Source: Alphaproteobacteria bacterium (GTDB taxonomy: Bacteria > Pseudomonadota > Alphaproteobacteria > UBA2966). From it: a stretch of 64,000 nucleotides of DNA. Shown piece by piece: positions 41,698 through 53,357 of this stretch. The DNA lies in NCBI GenBank assembly GCA_964291395.2, contig OZ219858.1, forward strand, positions 160,001 to 224,000, read 5' to 3'. Within the stretch, counting starts at the first letter, position 1. Each line of letters begins with the position of its first letter. The translations under genes and the position numbers were made by a program. The notes under the pieces are model-generated. The model saw only the letters and a program-made list of their open reading frames with translations. It had not been told where the DNA came from and searched no databases.

Positions 41698-43488
41698 ATG
41701 ACCGAGGCCTACCATATCCAGAACCACCACTACGACGCCGTGATCGTCGGCGCCGGAGGAGCGGGCCTGCGCTCGACGCTCGGCATGGCGCATGCGGGCT
41801 TGAAAACGGCCTGCATCACCAAGGTATTCCCCACCCGCAGCCACACCGTCGCCGCGCAGGGCGGCATGTCGGCCGCCCTCGGCAACATGGGGGACGACGA
41901 CTGGCACTGGCACATGTTCGACACCGTCAAGGGATCGGACTGGCTCGGCGATCAGGATGCGATCGAGTACATGTGCCGCGAAGGGCCTGCGGCGGTCATC
42001 GAGCTGGAGCATTTTGGCGTGCCCTTCTCGCGCACGCCGGAGGGAAAGATCTATCAACGGGCCTTCGGCGGCATGACGACCCACTACGGAGAGGGCATCG
42101 CGCAACGCACGTGCGCGGCGGCCGACCGGACCGGCCACGCCATCCTGCATACGCTGTATCAGCAATCCCTACGGCACAACGCGGAGTTTTTCGTCGAATA
42201 TTTCGTGATCGACCTGGTCATGGATGATGAAGGCGCGTGCCGAGGCGTCCTGTGCTGGAACCTGGACGACGGCTCCCTCCACGCTTTCCGCGCCCATGTC
42301 GTCGTGCTGGCGACGGGCGGCTACGGCCGCACCTATTTCTCCTGTACGTCGGCGCACACCTGCACCGGGGATGGCAACGCCATGGTATTGCGTGCCGGGC
42401 TGCCGTTGCAGGACATGGAGTTCGTTCAGTTCCATCCGACCGGCATTTACGGCGCCGGCTGTCTGATAACGGAAGGAGCCCGCGGCGAGGGCGCCTACCT
42501 CGTGAATTCAGAGAACGAGCGTTTCATGGAGCGCTACGCACCGTCCGCGAAGGACCTGGCATCCCGCGATGTGGTCAGCCGCGCCATGACGATCGAGGTT
42601 CGCGAGGGCCGCGGTGTGGGCAATGACCGGGATCACATCTTCCTTCATCTCGACCATCTCGATCCGGACATCCTGGAAGAGCGTTTGCCCGGCATCTCCG
42701 AGAGCGCCCGTATATTTGCCGGCGTCGACGTCACCAAGGAACCGATCCCCGTCCTACCCACGGTCCACTACAACATGGGCGGCATTCCGACCAACTTCCA
42801 CGGCGAGGTCGTGACTTTGAAGGACGATGATCCCGATACCGTCGTTCCCGGATTGATGGCGATCGGAGAAGCGGCCTGCGTGTCGGTCCACGGGGCCAAC
42901 CGGCTGGGTTCCAATTCGCTGCTCGATATCGTCGTGTTCGGCCGCGCCGCCGCGCTCAAGGCGGCGGAAAACATCGATCCCGGATCGCCGCACAAGACAT
43001 TGATCAACGGCGCGTCCGATCATGCGCTCGAACGGCTGGACAGGTACCGGCACGCGAAGGGTGGCACGTCCACGGCGGAAATCCGGCTGAACATGCAGCG
43101 TGTGATGCAGAGCAATTGTGCCGTGTTCCGCACCGGCGAGATCCTCGAAGAAGGCAAGAAGCTCATCGCCGACGTCGTGAGTTCCATGGCCGATATCGGT
43201 TTGAGCGACCGCTCCATGGTCTGGAACTCGGACCTGGTCGAGACGTTGGAGCTGGAGAACCTGATGCAGCAGGCCGTGGTCACGCTTCACTCTGCGGCGA
43301 ACCGCCAAGAAAGCCGGGGAGCCCATGCGCGGGAGGACCATCCCGACCGCAACGACGACGAATGGATGAAACATACCTTGAGTTGGCTGAACGACTCGTA
43401 CGGCGTGACGCTCGACTACCGGCCCGTGCACACCCACACTCTGAGCAACGACGTGCAGTACTTCCCGCCTCAAGCCCGGGTCTACTGA
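41698..43488 (+). CDS. sdhA: Succinate dehydrogenase flavoprotein
   Basis: [16 protein letters not shown] (covalent FAD His), QFHPTG and HGANRLG. Confidence 0.98.
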   Translation: MTEAYHIQNHHYDAVIVGAGGAGLRSTLGMAHAGLKTACITKVFPTRSHTVAAQGGMSAALGNMGDDDWHWHMFDTVKGSDWLGDQDAIEYMCREGPAAVIELEHFGVPFSRTPEGKIYQRAFGGMTTHYGEGIAQRTCAAADRTGHAILHTLYQQSLRHNAEFFVEYFVIDLVMDDEGACRGVLCWNLDDGSLHAFRAHVVVLATGGYGRTYFSCTSAHTCTGDGNAMVLRAGLPLQDMEFVQFHPTGIYGAGCLITEGARGEGAYLVNSENERFMERYAPSAKDLASRDVVSRAMTIEVREGRGVGNDRDHIFLHLDHLDPDILEERLPGISESARIFAGVDVTKEPIPVLPTVHYNMGGIPTNFHGEVVTLKDDDPDTVVPGLMAIGEAACVSVHGANRLGSNSLLDIVVFGRAAALKAAENIDPGSPHKTLINGASDHALERLDRYRHAKGGTSTAEIRLNMQRVMQSNCAVFRTGEILEEGKKLIADVVSSMADIGLSDRSMVWNSDLVETLELENLMQQAVVTLHSAANRQESRGAHAREDHPDRNDDEWMKHTLSWLNDSYGVTLDYRPVHTHTLSNDVQYFPPQARVY

Positions 43489-43538
43489 GCGGCCGTCAAA
43501 CGAAAGCACAAGACGGGTAACGGCAATTAGAGAGCGTC

Positions 43539-44318
43539 ATGGTTGAATTAACTCTGCCCGCCAATTCCAAGATCGGCACCGGTAAGACGGTAAATTCCGC
43601 CAACGGCGCATCCCGGTCCAAAACCTTCAAGATCTATCGCTGGAATCCGGACGACGGCAACAGTCCGATGGTCGACACGTTTGTCATCGACCTCGAACGC
43701 TGCGGCCCGATGATCCTCGATGCCCTCATCATGATCAAGAACGAGATCGACTCGACGTTGACCTTCCGTCGCTCGTGCCGGGAAGGGGTCTGCGGTAGCT
43801 GCGCCATGAACATCGACGGCGCCAACACGCTTGCTTGCACCAAGGCAACCGCGGACGTGAAAGGGGACGTCCGTGTCTACCCATTGCCGCACCTGCCCGT
43901 CGTCAAGGACCTGGTGGGCGACATGTCCATGTTCTATGCCCAGTACGCGTCCGTCACGCCATGGCTCCAGGCCGATAGCCCGCCGCCGGAGGGCGGAGAA
44001 CGCCTTCAGTCCAGAGAAGATCGCGCCAGATTGGACGGGTTGTGGGAGTGTATACTTTGCGCCTGCTGCTCGACGAGTTGCCCGAGCTACTGGTGGAATG
44101 GCGAACGCTATCTCGGTCCCGCCGCACTTCTGCAGGCATACAGATGGATCGCCGACTCGCGCGACGAGGCTGCCGGCGAACGTCTCGACGCCCTGGAGGA
44201 CCCCTTCCGGCTCTACCGCTGCCACACCATCATGAACTGCACAAAGACGTGTCCCAAGAGCCTCAATCCAGCCAAGGCCATCGCCGAAATCAAAAAGAAG
44301 ATGCTGGAGCGCCGCTAG
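43539..44318 (+). CDS. sdhB: Succinate dehydrogenase iron-sulfur subunit
   Basis: [22 protein letters not shown] and [12 protein letters not shown]. Confidence 0.98.
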   Translation: MVELTLPANSKIGTGKTVNSANGASRSKTFKIYRWNPDDGNSPMVDTFVIDLERCGPMILDALIMIKNEIDSTLTFRRSCREGVCGSCAMNIDGANTLACTKATADVKGDVRVYPLPHLPVVKDLVGDMSMFYAQYASVTPWLQADSPPPEGGERLQSREDRARLDGLWECILCACCSTSCPSYWWNGERYLGPAALLQAYRWIADSRDEAAGERLDALEDPFRLYRCHTIMNCTKTCPKSLNPAKAIAEIKKKMLERR

Positions 44319-44440
44319 GGCGGCTCCAATTTGACCGGAGCCGCCCCGGCATTTCCTACCGCTCGCAGCAGTGGGCCGGCGGGCCTCGGTGTGGCCTCCG
44401 TTGGGGGGAATCAGTGCCGGACTCCTCTCCATAACTGACC

Positions 44441-45571
44441 ATGCGCGATCAGTCCTCTCCCGGCGTCATGGCGGCCTATCGCGCGCTCGTTCGCGATGGG
44501 ACGTGGCAGCGCGATCCCGCACAAGAGCTCGCTGCCGAGATGCTTCAGATCCTGAGCAACCGCCTGGTTCACTACGTTCCATCGAAACGGAAGAGCTGGG
44601 CGGAACGGCTGGGACTCCGTCAACAGGAAGACGTTCGGCAGGGGCTGTACATTTTCGGCGCCGTGGGGCGCGGGAAGTCCGCGCTCATGGACCTGTTCTT
44701 CGACGGCGCGCCGGTGAAGAGAAAGCGCCGGGTCCATTTTCATGCGTTCATGCTCGACGTGCATGCGCGCATCCACGCCCACCGCCGACGGATCAAGGAG
44801 GGCAAGGCCAAGGCGGATCCGATTCCGCCCGTCGCTACCGATATCGCGGATGAAGCCGTCCTCCTGTGTTTTGACGAATTTCAGGTTCACGACCCCGCCG
44901 ACGCGATGATCCTGAGCCGGTTGTTCTCCGAGCTCTTTGATCGCGGCGTGGTGGTTGTGGCGACGTCCAATCGTGCGCCGGACGATCTTTATCGGGGAGG
45001 CTTGAACCGCGAACTCTTCCTGCCCTTCATCGACCTGCTCAAATCTCAGATCGAGATACTGGCCTTGCACGGCGCTCGGGACTATCGTCTGTCGCGGCTG
45101 AAAACCATGCCCGTCTATTTCTCGCCGCTCGACGGCACCACGGACGCGAAGCTCGACGAAGCGTTCGCCAACCTCGCGGACGGCGCGGTCACGGCATCGC
45201 AGATCCTGGAAGTGCAAGGTCGAACCATAGCCGTTCCGGTGGCCGCGGCGGGTATTGCGCGCTTCACTTTCGACGACCTGTGCCGCCAACCCTTGGGAGC
45301 CGCGGACTATATCGAGATCGCCCGCCAGTTCCACACGGTGTTCCTGTCGGATATTCCCGTGATGAAGGCCAACCACCGGAACGAAGCCAAACGGTTCATC
45401 AACCTGATCGACGTGCTCTACGATCACGGAGTCAATCTGATCTGCAGCGCCGAGGGCGCGCCCGATCAGCTGTACACCGAAGGTGACGGCACCCCTGAAT
45501 TCGAACGCGCGGCCTCTCGCCTCATGGAGATGCAATCCGAGGAGTATCTGGCCAAGGAGCATCGGGCCTGA
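44441..45571 (+). CDS. zapE: AFG1/ZapE family ATPase
   Basis: GAVGRGKS, HFHAFM, CFDEFQV, TSNRAP and RAASRLMEM. Confidence 0.95.
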   Translation: MRDQSSPGVMAAYRALVRDGTWQRDPAQELAAEMLQILSNRLVHYVPSKRKSWAERLGLRQQEDVRQGLYIFGAVGRGKSALMDLFFDGAPVKRKRRVHFHAFMLDVHARIHAHRRRIKEGKAKADPIPPVATDIADEAVLLCFDEFQVHDPADAMILSRLFSELFDRGVVVVATSNRAPDDLYRGGLNRELFLPFIDLLKSQIEILALHGARDYRLSRLKTMPVYFSPLDGTTDAKLDEAFANLADGAVTASQILEVQGRTIAVPVAAAGIARFTFDDLCRQPLGAADYIEIARQFHTVFLSDIPVMKANHRNEAKRFINLIDVLYDHGVNLICSAEGAPDQLYTEGDGTPEFERAASRLMEMQSEEYLAKEHRA

Positions 45572-45662
45572 CCCCCGTTCATCGAAGTTCCGGCCGGCGC
45601 CCTCCGTAAATCAGCTATGGCCGAGCGACAGACTTGGGACAAGTCCGCATCCCGTGGTGTCG

Positions 45663-46535
45663 CTACCAGTTGAAACGGTGTACGGCTCCGATCGGACGGT
45701 GCCCCGACTCATCCACCATCCTTTGCAGCACGCTGGCGGGATCTCCTTGCCCTTCGCCCAGAAGATCCTCGGCGTGGAGGCCACCCATGACGAATATGCC
45801 ATCGATGCCGGCGGCGTTCGCGCCGGCGATATCGGTACGAAGCGAATCGCCGGCGGCCAAGATTCGATCTCTGGGAATCCCGTTCAACACCTCGAAGCAA
45901 AACTGGTATGGCCGCATGTGCGGCTTGCCGTGGTAGCGCACATCCCCCCCGAGTTCCTCATACGCCCTGGCGAGGGAGCCAGCGCAGAGCACCGTCCTGT
46001 CACCCCGCATGACAGCAAGATCCGGATTTGCGCACACCATGGGAAGAGACCGCGCCGACGCCGTCTCCAGTCGGTCAGCGTAATCCGCCAACTCTTCCGT
46101 CTCGTCGTCGAAAAGCCCCGTGTTGAGCATGAAGTCGGCATTCTCGACGCTGTCCACAAGCTCGAGCGCCAATCCCTCGACCAGGCCCCAATCCCGTTCC
46201 GGCCCGATCAGCCAACAACGGTCGCCGAGTGCGGCGTGCCACTCGTCGTAGCGTCTCGTCAACGCGTCACGGGTAATGTCGCCCGAAGTAATCACGCGTT
46301 CGTACTGGTCATCTCGGATCCCCATTTCCCAAAGCCGCTTGACGACTTCGTCGCTGGGCCGCGGCGCGTTGGACAACAGCAGAACGCGCGTTCCATCGCC
46401 GCGAAGACGGTCCAGGCAGTCCGGAACACCGGGATACGGCGACACGCCGTCGTGGATGAGGCCCCACAAGTCGAGAATCATCGCGTCATACCACGACGCA
46501 AAGGACGACACACCTTCAAGGATGGGAACCTTCAT
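45663..46535 (-). CDS. HAD-IIA hydrolase (TIGR01459-like)
   Basis: LDLWGLIHDG, LSNAPRP, CANPD, GKPH and GDSLRTDIAGA. Confidence 0.9.
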   Translation of the reverse strand: MKVPILEGVSSFASWYDAMILDLWGLIHDGVSPYPGVPDCLDRLRGDGTRVLLLSNAPRPSDEVVKRLWEMGIRDDQYERVITSGDITRDALTRRYDEWHAALGDRCWLIGPERDWGLVEGLALELVDSVENADFMLNTGLFDDETEELADYADRLETASARSLPMVCANPDLAVMRGDRTVLCAGSLARAYEELGGDVRYHGKPHMRPYQFCFEVLNGIPRDRILAAGDSLRTDIAGANAAGIDGIFVMGGLHAEDLLGEGQGDPASVLQRMVDESGHRPIGAVHRFNW

Positions 46536-46641
46536 CGGCACTCCGCAAATGTTGTAACGCTCGAGCCGCGTTGCGGCTGGACCCAGCTTCCCGAACGGAT
46601 CCCTTCCGCGAACTCCACATCGAGATCGATCTGCGCACGTT

Positions 46642-47700
46642 CTAGCGATTTCCGACATCGACGCCAACCGCCTGCGAGACGTTGTCGTAGCCGTCGGCGG
46701 ACAGGAGCTCCGCCAGCTCCCGCTTTATCCTGTCGATCAGCCGGGGACCCTCGAACACCAGGGCCGTGTAGATCTGCACCAAGCTCGCACCGGCCTTGAT
46801 CTTTTCATAGGCATCTCTTCCCGATGCGATGCCCCCCGCGCCAATGAGAACCAGCCGCCCCTCCGTCAGCCGATACATCTCGGAAAGGAGACGCGTCGAC
46901 GGTTCAAAGAGAGGCACGCCGCTGAGACCGCCGCTCTCCTTCCGGTGGGCACCCAGCAACGGCGGGCGATCGACCGTCGTATTACTGACAATCAAGCCGT
47001 CGACTCCATGGGATAGAACGACATCCGCGACTCCACCGTATTCTTCGTTCGACAGATCGGGGGCGATTTTCACGAACAGCGGAGTCCGCTGGCTTTCGTC
47101 GCTACGGACCCGCAAAACACGTCCGAGCAGGGCTTCGAGAGAGTCGCGTGCCTGCAACGACCGTAGTCCCGGCGTATTGGGAGACGATACGTTGACGACG
47201 AAGTAGGCGGCGAGTCCTTCCAGTTCCTCGATGCCCTCGACGTAATCTGCGAGCGGGTCATCGCTCTCCTTGTTCGCCCCGAGGTTGACGCCGATGATCC
47301 CGGACCGCCTCATGCGCGCGCGCAATCGGTCCGCGACGGCGGCCAAGCCTTCGCTGTTGAATCCGTAGCGGTTGATGACCGCACGGTCTTCGTCCAGACG
47401 GAACACGCGGGGACGGGCGTTTCCGGGTTGAGGGCGCGGCGTCACGCTTCCCACTTCGACGAAGCCGAACCCCAAGGCCAGCATCGCATCGGGCACCTCC
47501 GCATGCTTGTCGAACCCGGCGGCCAAGCCCACGGGGTTGGGGAAGTCCCGGTCCAGGACGCATGTCTTGAGAGATGGCGGATCAACGACCCGTGCTCGCC
47601 GTGCCGGGAGCATGCGCAGGCCCGCGATCGTGAGACGATGCGCCGTCTCGGGATCGAGGCGGCGCAGGAACGGCGCGGCGATGTTGAAGAGTTCAGCCAC
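46642..47700 (-). CDS. pyrD: Quinone-dependent dihydroorotate dehydrogenase
   Basis: GLAAGFDK, NRYGFNS, NVSSPNTPGLR and GGLSG. Confidence 0.97.
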   Translation of the reverse strand: MAELFNIAAPFLRRLDPETAHRLTIAGLRMLPARRARVVDPPSLKTCVLDRDFPNPVGLAAGFDKHAEVPDAMLALGFGFVEVGSVTPRPQPGNARPRVFRLDEDRAVINRYGFNSEGLAAVADRLRARMRRSGIIGVNLGANKESDDPLADYVEGIEELEGLAAYFVVNVSSPNTPGLRSLQARDSLEALLGRVLRVRSDESQRTPLFVKIAPDLSNEEYGGVADVVLSHGVDGLIVSNTTVDRPPLLGAHRKESGGLSGVPLFEPSTRLLSEMYRLTEGRLVLIGAGGIASGRDAYEKIKAGASLVQIYTALVFEGPRLIDRIKRELAELLSADGYDNVSQAVGVDVGNR

Positions 47701-47910
47701 GAGTTAGGACACTGTACCGCATGTAACGGGCATCCGGACCTTTCAATTCACACCATATGTACGGAAAAACGCCCGTTCACCACGACATGGTTGCCGCCGA
47801 AGCGGTCATGGAGAGGTGGGTGACTTCTGGACAATCGCAAGTTCGAGGATATGCTGCGCCCGAGACCTGTTGTTGATCGCTTCAACATCATTTCGGGCGG
47901 GAAAGGAGCT

Positions 47911-48756
47911 ATGGCCGGTATCTATTACGCGGACGGCAAGTGGACGGACGAGAATCCCAAGCTCACGGGCCCCATGGATCATGCTTTCTGGATGTCATCT
48001 GTCGCGTTCGACGGCGCCCGGGCATTTCAGGGCCTGGTGCCCGACCTTGAACCCCACTGCGTCCGCCTCGTGAATTCGGCCGTCGCCATGGGCCTGGATC
48101 CGACGTTGGACGCCGACGAGGTCGCGGAATTGTGTCGAAAGGCGGTGCGCAAGTGCCCAAGAGACGCCGAGCTGTACATCCGACCCATGTTCTACGCGAC
48201 GGAGGGGTTCGTTCTTCCCGAACCCGACAGCACGAAATTCGTTCTTGCCGTCTACGACAGTCCCCTGCCGGGCTTCACGGGCTTCAAAGCCTGTTTGTCG
48301 AGCTACAGGCGCCCTGCCAGGGACATGGCGCCGACGGACGCCAAGGCGTCCTGCCTCTATCCGAACTCACAGCGTGCTTTGCGTGAGGCGGCAGACCGTG
48401 GCTTCGACAACGCCATCATCCGGGATCCAAGCGACAACATCGCCGAGTTCGCCACGGCGAACATTTGGATCGCAAAAGATGGTGTGGTCTCGACACCGGT
48501 CGACAACGGTACCTTTCTTGCCGGGGTGACACGAAGGCGCGTGATGGATCTCCTTGCGGACAACGGTATGCACGTCGAAGAACGCACGACGACCTGGGAC
48601 GACGTGATGACCGCCGACGAGGTATTCAGTACGGGCAACTACGGCAAGGTCATGCCGGTCACGCAGGTGGAGGACCGCGACCTGCAGCCCGGTCCCATCG
48701 CGACCATGGCCCACGACCTCTATTTCGAGTTCGCGAAATCCACCAGCGTGTTCTGA
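47911..48756 (+). CDS. PLP fold-type IV (branched-chain amino acid-like) aminotransferase
   Basis: AFDGAR, LYIRP, DAKASCLY (catalytic Lys), EFATANI and FLAGVTR. AAGGAG RBS. Confidence 0.88.
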   Translation: MAGIYYADGKWTDENPKLTGPMDHAFWMSSVAFDGARAFQGLVPDLEPHCVRLVNSAVAMGLDPTLDADEVAELCRKAVRKCPRDAELYIRPMFYATEGFVLPEPDSTKFVLAVYDSPLPGFTGFKACLSSYRRPARDMAPTDAKASCLYPNSQRALREAADRGFDNAIIRDPSDNIAEFATANIWIAKDGVVSTPVDNGTFLAGVTRRRVMDLLADNGMHVEERTTTWDDVMTADEVFSTGNYGKVMPVTQVEDRDLQPGPIATMAHDLYFEFAKSTSVF

Positions 48757-48785
48757 CGGCATACCGGGTCGCTCACGGCGAAGCA

Positions 48786-50408
48786 CTATTTCACCTGGTC
48801 TCGCTCGGCAGCCGTACCATCACCGGACTCCGAAAGATCCTCGACCGCCAAGGCGCGCCGCACGAGAGCAACCGTCTCGTCGATGCCGTAGAGCGCGATG
48901 AACGATCCCATCCGCGGACCCTGGGATTGACCAAACAAAATCTCGTAAAGCGCCCCAAACCAGTCCCGGAGATTCTCAAATCCATGGCGCTTGCCGACTT
49001 CGTACACCTCGTGCTGGATGGCTTCCGGGCCGGTGCCGTCCGGGAACGCCGTCAGTGAGGCCGCGAGGTCTTCCAAGGCCGTTCGCTCCTGGTCGTTGGG
49101 CGGGCGATAGCGCTTGGTCGGCTTCACGAAACCTTCGTAGTAGGCGAGTGCAAATCCGACGAGCGAATCAAGGATCGGATGAGTTTCCGGACTTGCGTCC
49201 TCCGCGTAGTTGCCGATGAAACCCCACAACACCGACTTGTTCCCGGCGTTGCACGCACTCGCCAGATTGAGAAGCATGGCGAAGGTGATGGGAACGGTTT
49301 CTCCCGGCGGCCGACCGTTGTGGATATGCCAGACCGGATTCGCGTACCGCTCCTCTTGAGTTTGATCGGGGAACTTCCGCAGCTGGTCGAGGTAGTCGTC
49401 AACGGCCCTGGGGATCACGTCGAAATACAGGCGCTTCGCCTTGCGAGGTGACTGATACATGTAGAGCGAGAGACTCTCGGGCGCCGCATAGTGGAGCCAC
49501 TCCTCGATGGCGAGCCCGTTTCCCCGGGACTTTGAGATCTTCTCGGCGTTCTCGTCGAGAAAGAGCTCGTAGGTGAAGCCTTCCGGCGGCGTACCGTCGA
49601 GGATTCGACAAATCCGGCTCGACAGCTTGACCGAGTCGATCAAATCCTTGCCCGACATTTCGTAGTCGACATCGAGCGCCACCCAGCGCATCGCCCAGTC
49701 CACCCGCCACTGAAGCTTGCAGTGACCGCCCGTCACGGGAACCTCGACGAGGCGCCCCTTCTCGTTTCGGTACGCTACCGTTCCCGCGTCGGCATCACGG
49801 TGTTCGATCGGAACCTGCAGCACCCGACCGGTATCCGGGCACAACGGCAGGAAAGGACTGTACGTCGCGCGGCGCTCGGGCCCCAGCGCGGGCAAGACAA
49901 CATCGACGATCTCGTCGAAGTGCTCGAGAACGCGAATCAGTATCTCGTCGAACCTGCCGGATCGGTAGCATTCGGTCGCCGAGACGAATTCATAGTCGAA
50001 CCGAAAGTCGTCGAGAAACGCTTGCAGGCGCGCGTTGTTGTGATGGCCGAAGCTTTCGTGCGTCTCGAAGGGATCCGGTACGCTCGTGAGCGGCTTTCCC
50101 AGGTGCTCGGCGACCATTTCCCGGTTTGGGATGTTGTCCGGCACTTTCCGCAGGCCATCCATATCGTCGGAGAATGCGAACAGGCGAGACGGTGCTTCAC
50201 TGAGCAGCGAGAACGCGTTCCGTACCATCGTGGTTCTCGCGACCTCGCCGAAGGTGCCGATGTGGGGCAGCCCCGAGGGACCGTAACCGGTTTCGAACAG
50301 GACATAACCTTTGGGATTGGGACGCGATTCGAGGCGGTCAAGAAGCCTGCCCGCCTCAACGAACGGCCATGCCTTGCTGTCGAGCGCCAAATGACGATCA
50401 GAAACCAT
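48786..50408 (-). CDS. lysS: Lysine--tRNA ligase, class I
   Basis: [12 protein letters not shown] (HIGH-like), KISKSRGN (KMSKS-like) and GPRMGSF. Confidence 0.96.
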   Translation of the reverse strand: MVSDRHLALDSKAWPFVEAGRLLDRLESRPNPKGYVLFETGYGPSGLPHIGTFGEVARTTMVRNAFSLLSEAPSRLFAFSDDMDGLRKVPDNIPNREMVAEHLGKPLTSVPDPFETHESFGHHNNARLQAFLDDFRFDYEFVSATECYRSGRFDEILIRVLEHFDEIVDVVLPALGPERRATYSPFLPLCPDTGRVLQVPIEHRDADAGTVAYRNEKGRLVEVPVTGGHCKLQWRVDWAMRWVALDVDYEMSGKDLIDSVKLSSRICRILDGTPPEGFTYELFLDENAEKISKSRGNGLAIEEWLHYAAPESLSLYMYQSPRKAKRLYFDVIPRAVDDYLDQLRKFPDQTQEERYANPVWHIHNGRPPGETVPITFAMLLNLASACNAGNKSVLWGFIGNYAEDASPETHPILDSLVGFALAYYEGFVKPTKRYRPPNDQERTALEDLAASLTAFPDGTGPEAIQHEVYEVGKRHGFENLRDWFGALYEILFGQSQGPRMGSFIALYGIDETVALVRRALAVEDLSESGDGTAAERDQVK

Positions 50409-50523
50409 CGATCGCGTGTCCGAAATCCGAAGCTCTCGGTGAGAGGTCGAACCTAGGCGGAAGCAGAAATACGGTCAATGGCATCGCGTAGTGACCCGAT
50501 AGACCGCTCGATATACTGGCATC

Positions 50524-53283
50524 ATGGCGCTCGAGGCCGACAATTCTCACCTGTCGATTGCCAACGATCCGGATGCGGTTCCGCGGTATCCCATCGTGGT
50601 CGCGGGCCTGAGCCGCACGGTTTGGCTGACCCCGGATGGCGAGATCACGGAACTCGGTATCGGGAACGCGGCGAGGCGGATCACCGAAGAGCGCGCCATC
50701 GTCTGCTATCGGCCGGGTATCGCGCGACGTCTCTCCGTCCGGCGTTTCGAAGCTCTGGACGTCCTCGAGCTGTTCGCGTTCGTTCGCCCCGCCCGGTTCT
50801 GCCTGCCCACACCGGCCGGCATCGCAAAGGCCCTGAATCTCCCGACGCCCAACGCATTGGAGGAAGCGGCCGTGACACTGCTTCGGGCGACGAGCAACCT
50901 CCTGGCAGAGCTCGCGAACCTGGGCAACGACGCCCAACTGGCTTCATCGGCCCGGGGCCTTGCGGCTTCGGGCTGGTTCTGGGCGCCATGCGTACTTGCG
51001 GCCTTGAGGATTGACGAGGCTGATGTCGGCCCGAGCGCCGTACGCCAGGGTCTCGCCATCTGGGAGCAGATACCTGATTGGGACGAGCGTGCACCGCCGC
51101 CTCCGCCTGGCCATGCTCCCGTCTCGGCCGACGAGGCTGAGATCGAACTCAAACGCCTTCTGGGAGACGGCGCCGAGGCGCGCCCCCAACAGCGGACCTA
51201 CACGCGATCGGTCACGCCGGCTTTCGCGCCACCGGAGTCGGTTGGCGAACCCAATGTCGTACTCGCCGAAGCGGGGACCGGGGTCGGCAAAACCCTTGGA
51301 TATATATCCCCGGCAGGAATCTGGGCACGTCGCAACGACGGCACGGTCTGGCTTTCGACCTACACCAAGAACCTTCAACGTCAGATAGACCAGGAACTGG
51401 ACCGCCTGTTTCCGGATCATGCGGAGAAAACGGCAAAGGCCGTTGTCCGTAAAGGACGGGAGAATTACCTCTGTCTTCTCAACTTCGAGGAGGACGCGAG
51501 CCGGGCGGGCCTCGGGGGTGGCGGCGTCGCTCTCGGCCTGATGGCACGCTGGGCTCTGTCCACGCGCGGCGGTGACATGATGGGCGGTGACTTTCCCGCT
51601 TGGCTGACCCATCTGCTTGGCCCCGAACACACGATCGGGCTGACCGATCGCCGAGGTGAATGCGTCTATTCCGCTTGTCCCCATTATCGGCGCTGTTTCA
51701 TCGAGGTCGCGCAGCGGAAGTCATGGTACGCGGACTTGGTGATCGCCAATCATGCCCTGGTAATCGTTCGGGCGGCGACGATGGGAGACGATCGCGAATC
51801 CCCAACTCGCTACGTATTCGACGAAGGACATCACCTGTTCGACGCGGCGGACAATGCCTTCTCTGCCCATTTGAGCGGACTGGAAGCGGCGGAATTGAGG
51901 CACTGGATTCGAGGAGCCGAAGGCCGGCGCCGGCGCCGTGCCCGAGGTCTCGAGCGCCGCGTGGCTGATCTTGTCGCGGAGCACGAGTCGGGAGAGAAGA
52001 TGCTGTCGACAGCCGTTCGTGCCGCGGTCGCGTTGCCGGGTACCGGATGGCTCGGCCGGATCGAGCGGAACCAGCCTCGCGGACCCTTGGAGACGTTTCT
52101 CGTCGGTGTACGCGAACACGTAGAGGCGCGGCAGTCGAACGCCGAGCTTGGATATAGCCTTGAGGCCGACACGTCTCACCCCGGGAAAACACTGACCGAC
52201 GCGGCGGGAGACGCTGGCGCGGCCCTACGAGCGCTCGTCGAACCGCTGACATCCCTTGGCCGCTTTCTTGCCGAACGTCTCGATGCCGAGGCCGGGGAGT
52301 TGAACCCGTCAATGCGTGTGCGCATCGAAGCTGCCTGCAACGGCCTGAACAGACGAGCCGACACGGTACGCATGTGGGCGGCCATGCTGGACGATATCGA
52401 TGGAATCCCGCCCGAGGCTTTCGTCGACTGGTTCGAGGTCAGTCGAACGGACGGCAGGGTGGTTGACATCGGCATGCGCCGGCATTGGCTGGATCCCACG
52501 ATCCCCTTCGCCGAATCGGTGTTGAGCCGAGCCCACGGGGCCGTCATAACGTCGGCCAGCCTGCGGGACCGGAGCGTCGACGATGACGAAAACTGGATGG
52601 CTGCGGAGATCCGGACGGGCGCCCAGCATCTCGCCCTTCCGGCACGACGAAGCAGCGTGTCGTCGCCGTTCGATTATCGCCGGCAAACGCGCGTACTGAT
52701 CGTCTCCGACCTGCGGCGGGATGACCCCGATAGGGTGGCAGCTGCATATCGCGAACTGTTCCGGGCATCCGACGGCGGCGCCCTCGGGCTGTTCACGGCT
52801 ATCGCCCGGCTTCGCCAGGTTCACCGGAGGATCGCCGAGCCGCTCGAGACAGCGGGCCTGCCGCTGTACGCCCAACATGTTGACGCGATCGATACGTCGA
52901 CATTGGTTGATATCTTCCGGACCGAAACCGATTCGTGCCTGCTGGGAACCGACGCAGTGCGCGACGGCGTGGACGTACCGGGAGACAGCCTGCGGCTCAT
53001 CGTTTTCGACCGTATTCCCTGGCCACGTCCGGACATCCTCCATAAGGCTCGCCGTTCGATGTTCGGCGGGAATCGTTACGACGACATGATCACGCGCCTT
53101 CGATTGAAACAGGCCTATGGCCGACTGATCCGGCGTACCACGGACCGCGGCGTGTTCGTTCTGCTTGATCGGATGACTCCCTCCCGCCTGCTCGACGCAT
53201 TTCCGGGTGATGTCGAGGTGGAACGCGTCGGACTTGCAGAAGCAGTCAAGGCCACTCGAACGTTTCTCCAACAAGGTGAATAG
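50524..53283 (+). CDS. ATP-dependent DNA helicase, DinG family
   Basis: RPQQ Q-motif, EAGTGVGKT, KGRENYLC plus CxxxxC...C (Fe-S ligands), DEGH and QAYGRLIRR. Confidence 0.93.
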   Translation: MALEADNSHLSIANDPDAVPRYPIVVAGLSRTVWLTPDGEITELGIGNAARRITEERAIVCYRPGIARRLSVRRFEALDVLELFAFVRPARFCLPTPAGIAKALNLPTPNALEEAAVTLLRATSNLLAELANLGNDAQLASSARGLAASGWFWAPCVLAALRIDEADVGPSAVRQGLAIWEQIPDWDERAPPPPPGHAPVSADEAEIELKRLLGDGAEARPQQRTYTRSVTPAFAPPESVGEPNVVLAEAGTGVGKTLGYISPAGIWARRNDGTVWLSTYTKNLQRQIDQELDRLFPDHAEKTAKAVVRKGRENYLCLLNFEEDASRAGLGGGGVALGLMARWALSTRGGDMMGGDFPAWLTHLLGPEHTIGLTDRRGECVYSACPHYRRCFIEVAQRKSWYADLVIANHALVIVRAATMGDDRESPTRYVFDEGHHLFDAADNAFSAHLSGLEAAELRHWIRGAEGRRRRRARGLERRVADLVAEHESGEKMLSTAVRAAVALPGTGWLGRIERNQPRGPLETFLVGVREHVEARQSNAELGYSLEADTSHPGKTLTDAAGDAGAALRALVEPLTSLGRFLAERLDAEAGELNPSMRVRIEAACNGLNRRADTVRMWAAMLDDIDGIPPEAFVDWFEVSRTDGRVVDIGMRRHWLDPTIPFAESVLSRAHGAVITSASLRDRSVDDDENWMAAEIRTGAQHLALPARRSSVSSPFDYRRQTRVLIVSDLRRDDPDRVAAAYRELFRASDGGALGLFTAIARLRQVHRRIAEPLETAGLPLYAQHVDAIDTSTLVDIFRTETDSCLLGTDAVRDGVDVPGDSLRLIVFDRIPWPRPDILHKARRSMFGGNRYDDMITRLRLKQAYGRLIRRTTDRGVFVLLDRMTPSRLLDAFPGDVEVERVGLAEAVKATRTFLQQGE

Positions 53284-53357
53284 GCAGCGGACTTGCCGTC
53301 GTGACATCGGGTCCCATATGTTGCGCACCCCGGATCACCGAAGAAGGCCAGCCCCGG

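Noticed and set aside
48786-50408. Archaeal-type class I LysRS as a sign of recent transfer
   Set aside because: Class I LysRS is well known and widespread in alphaproteobacteria.
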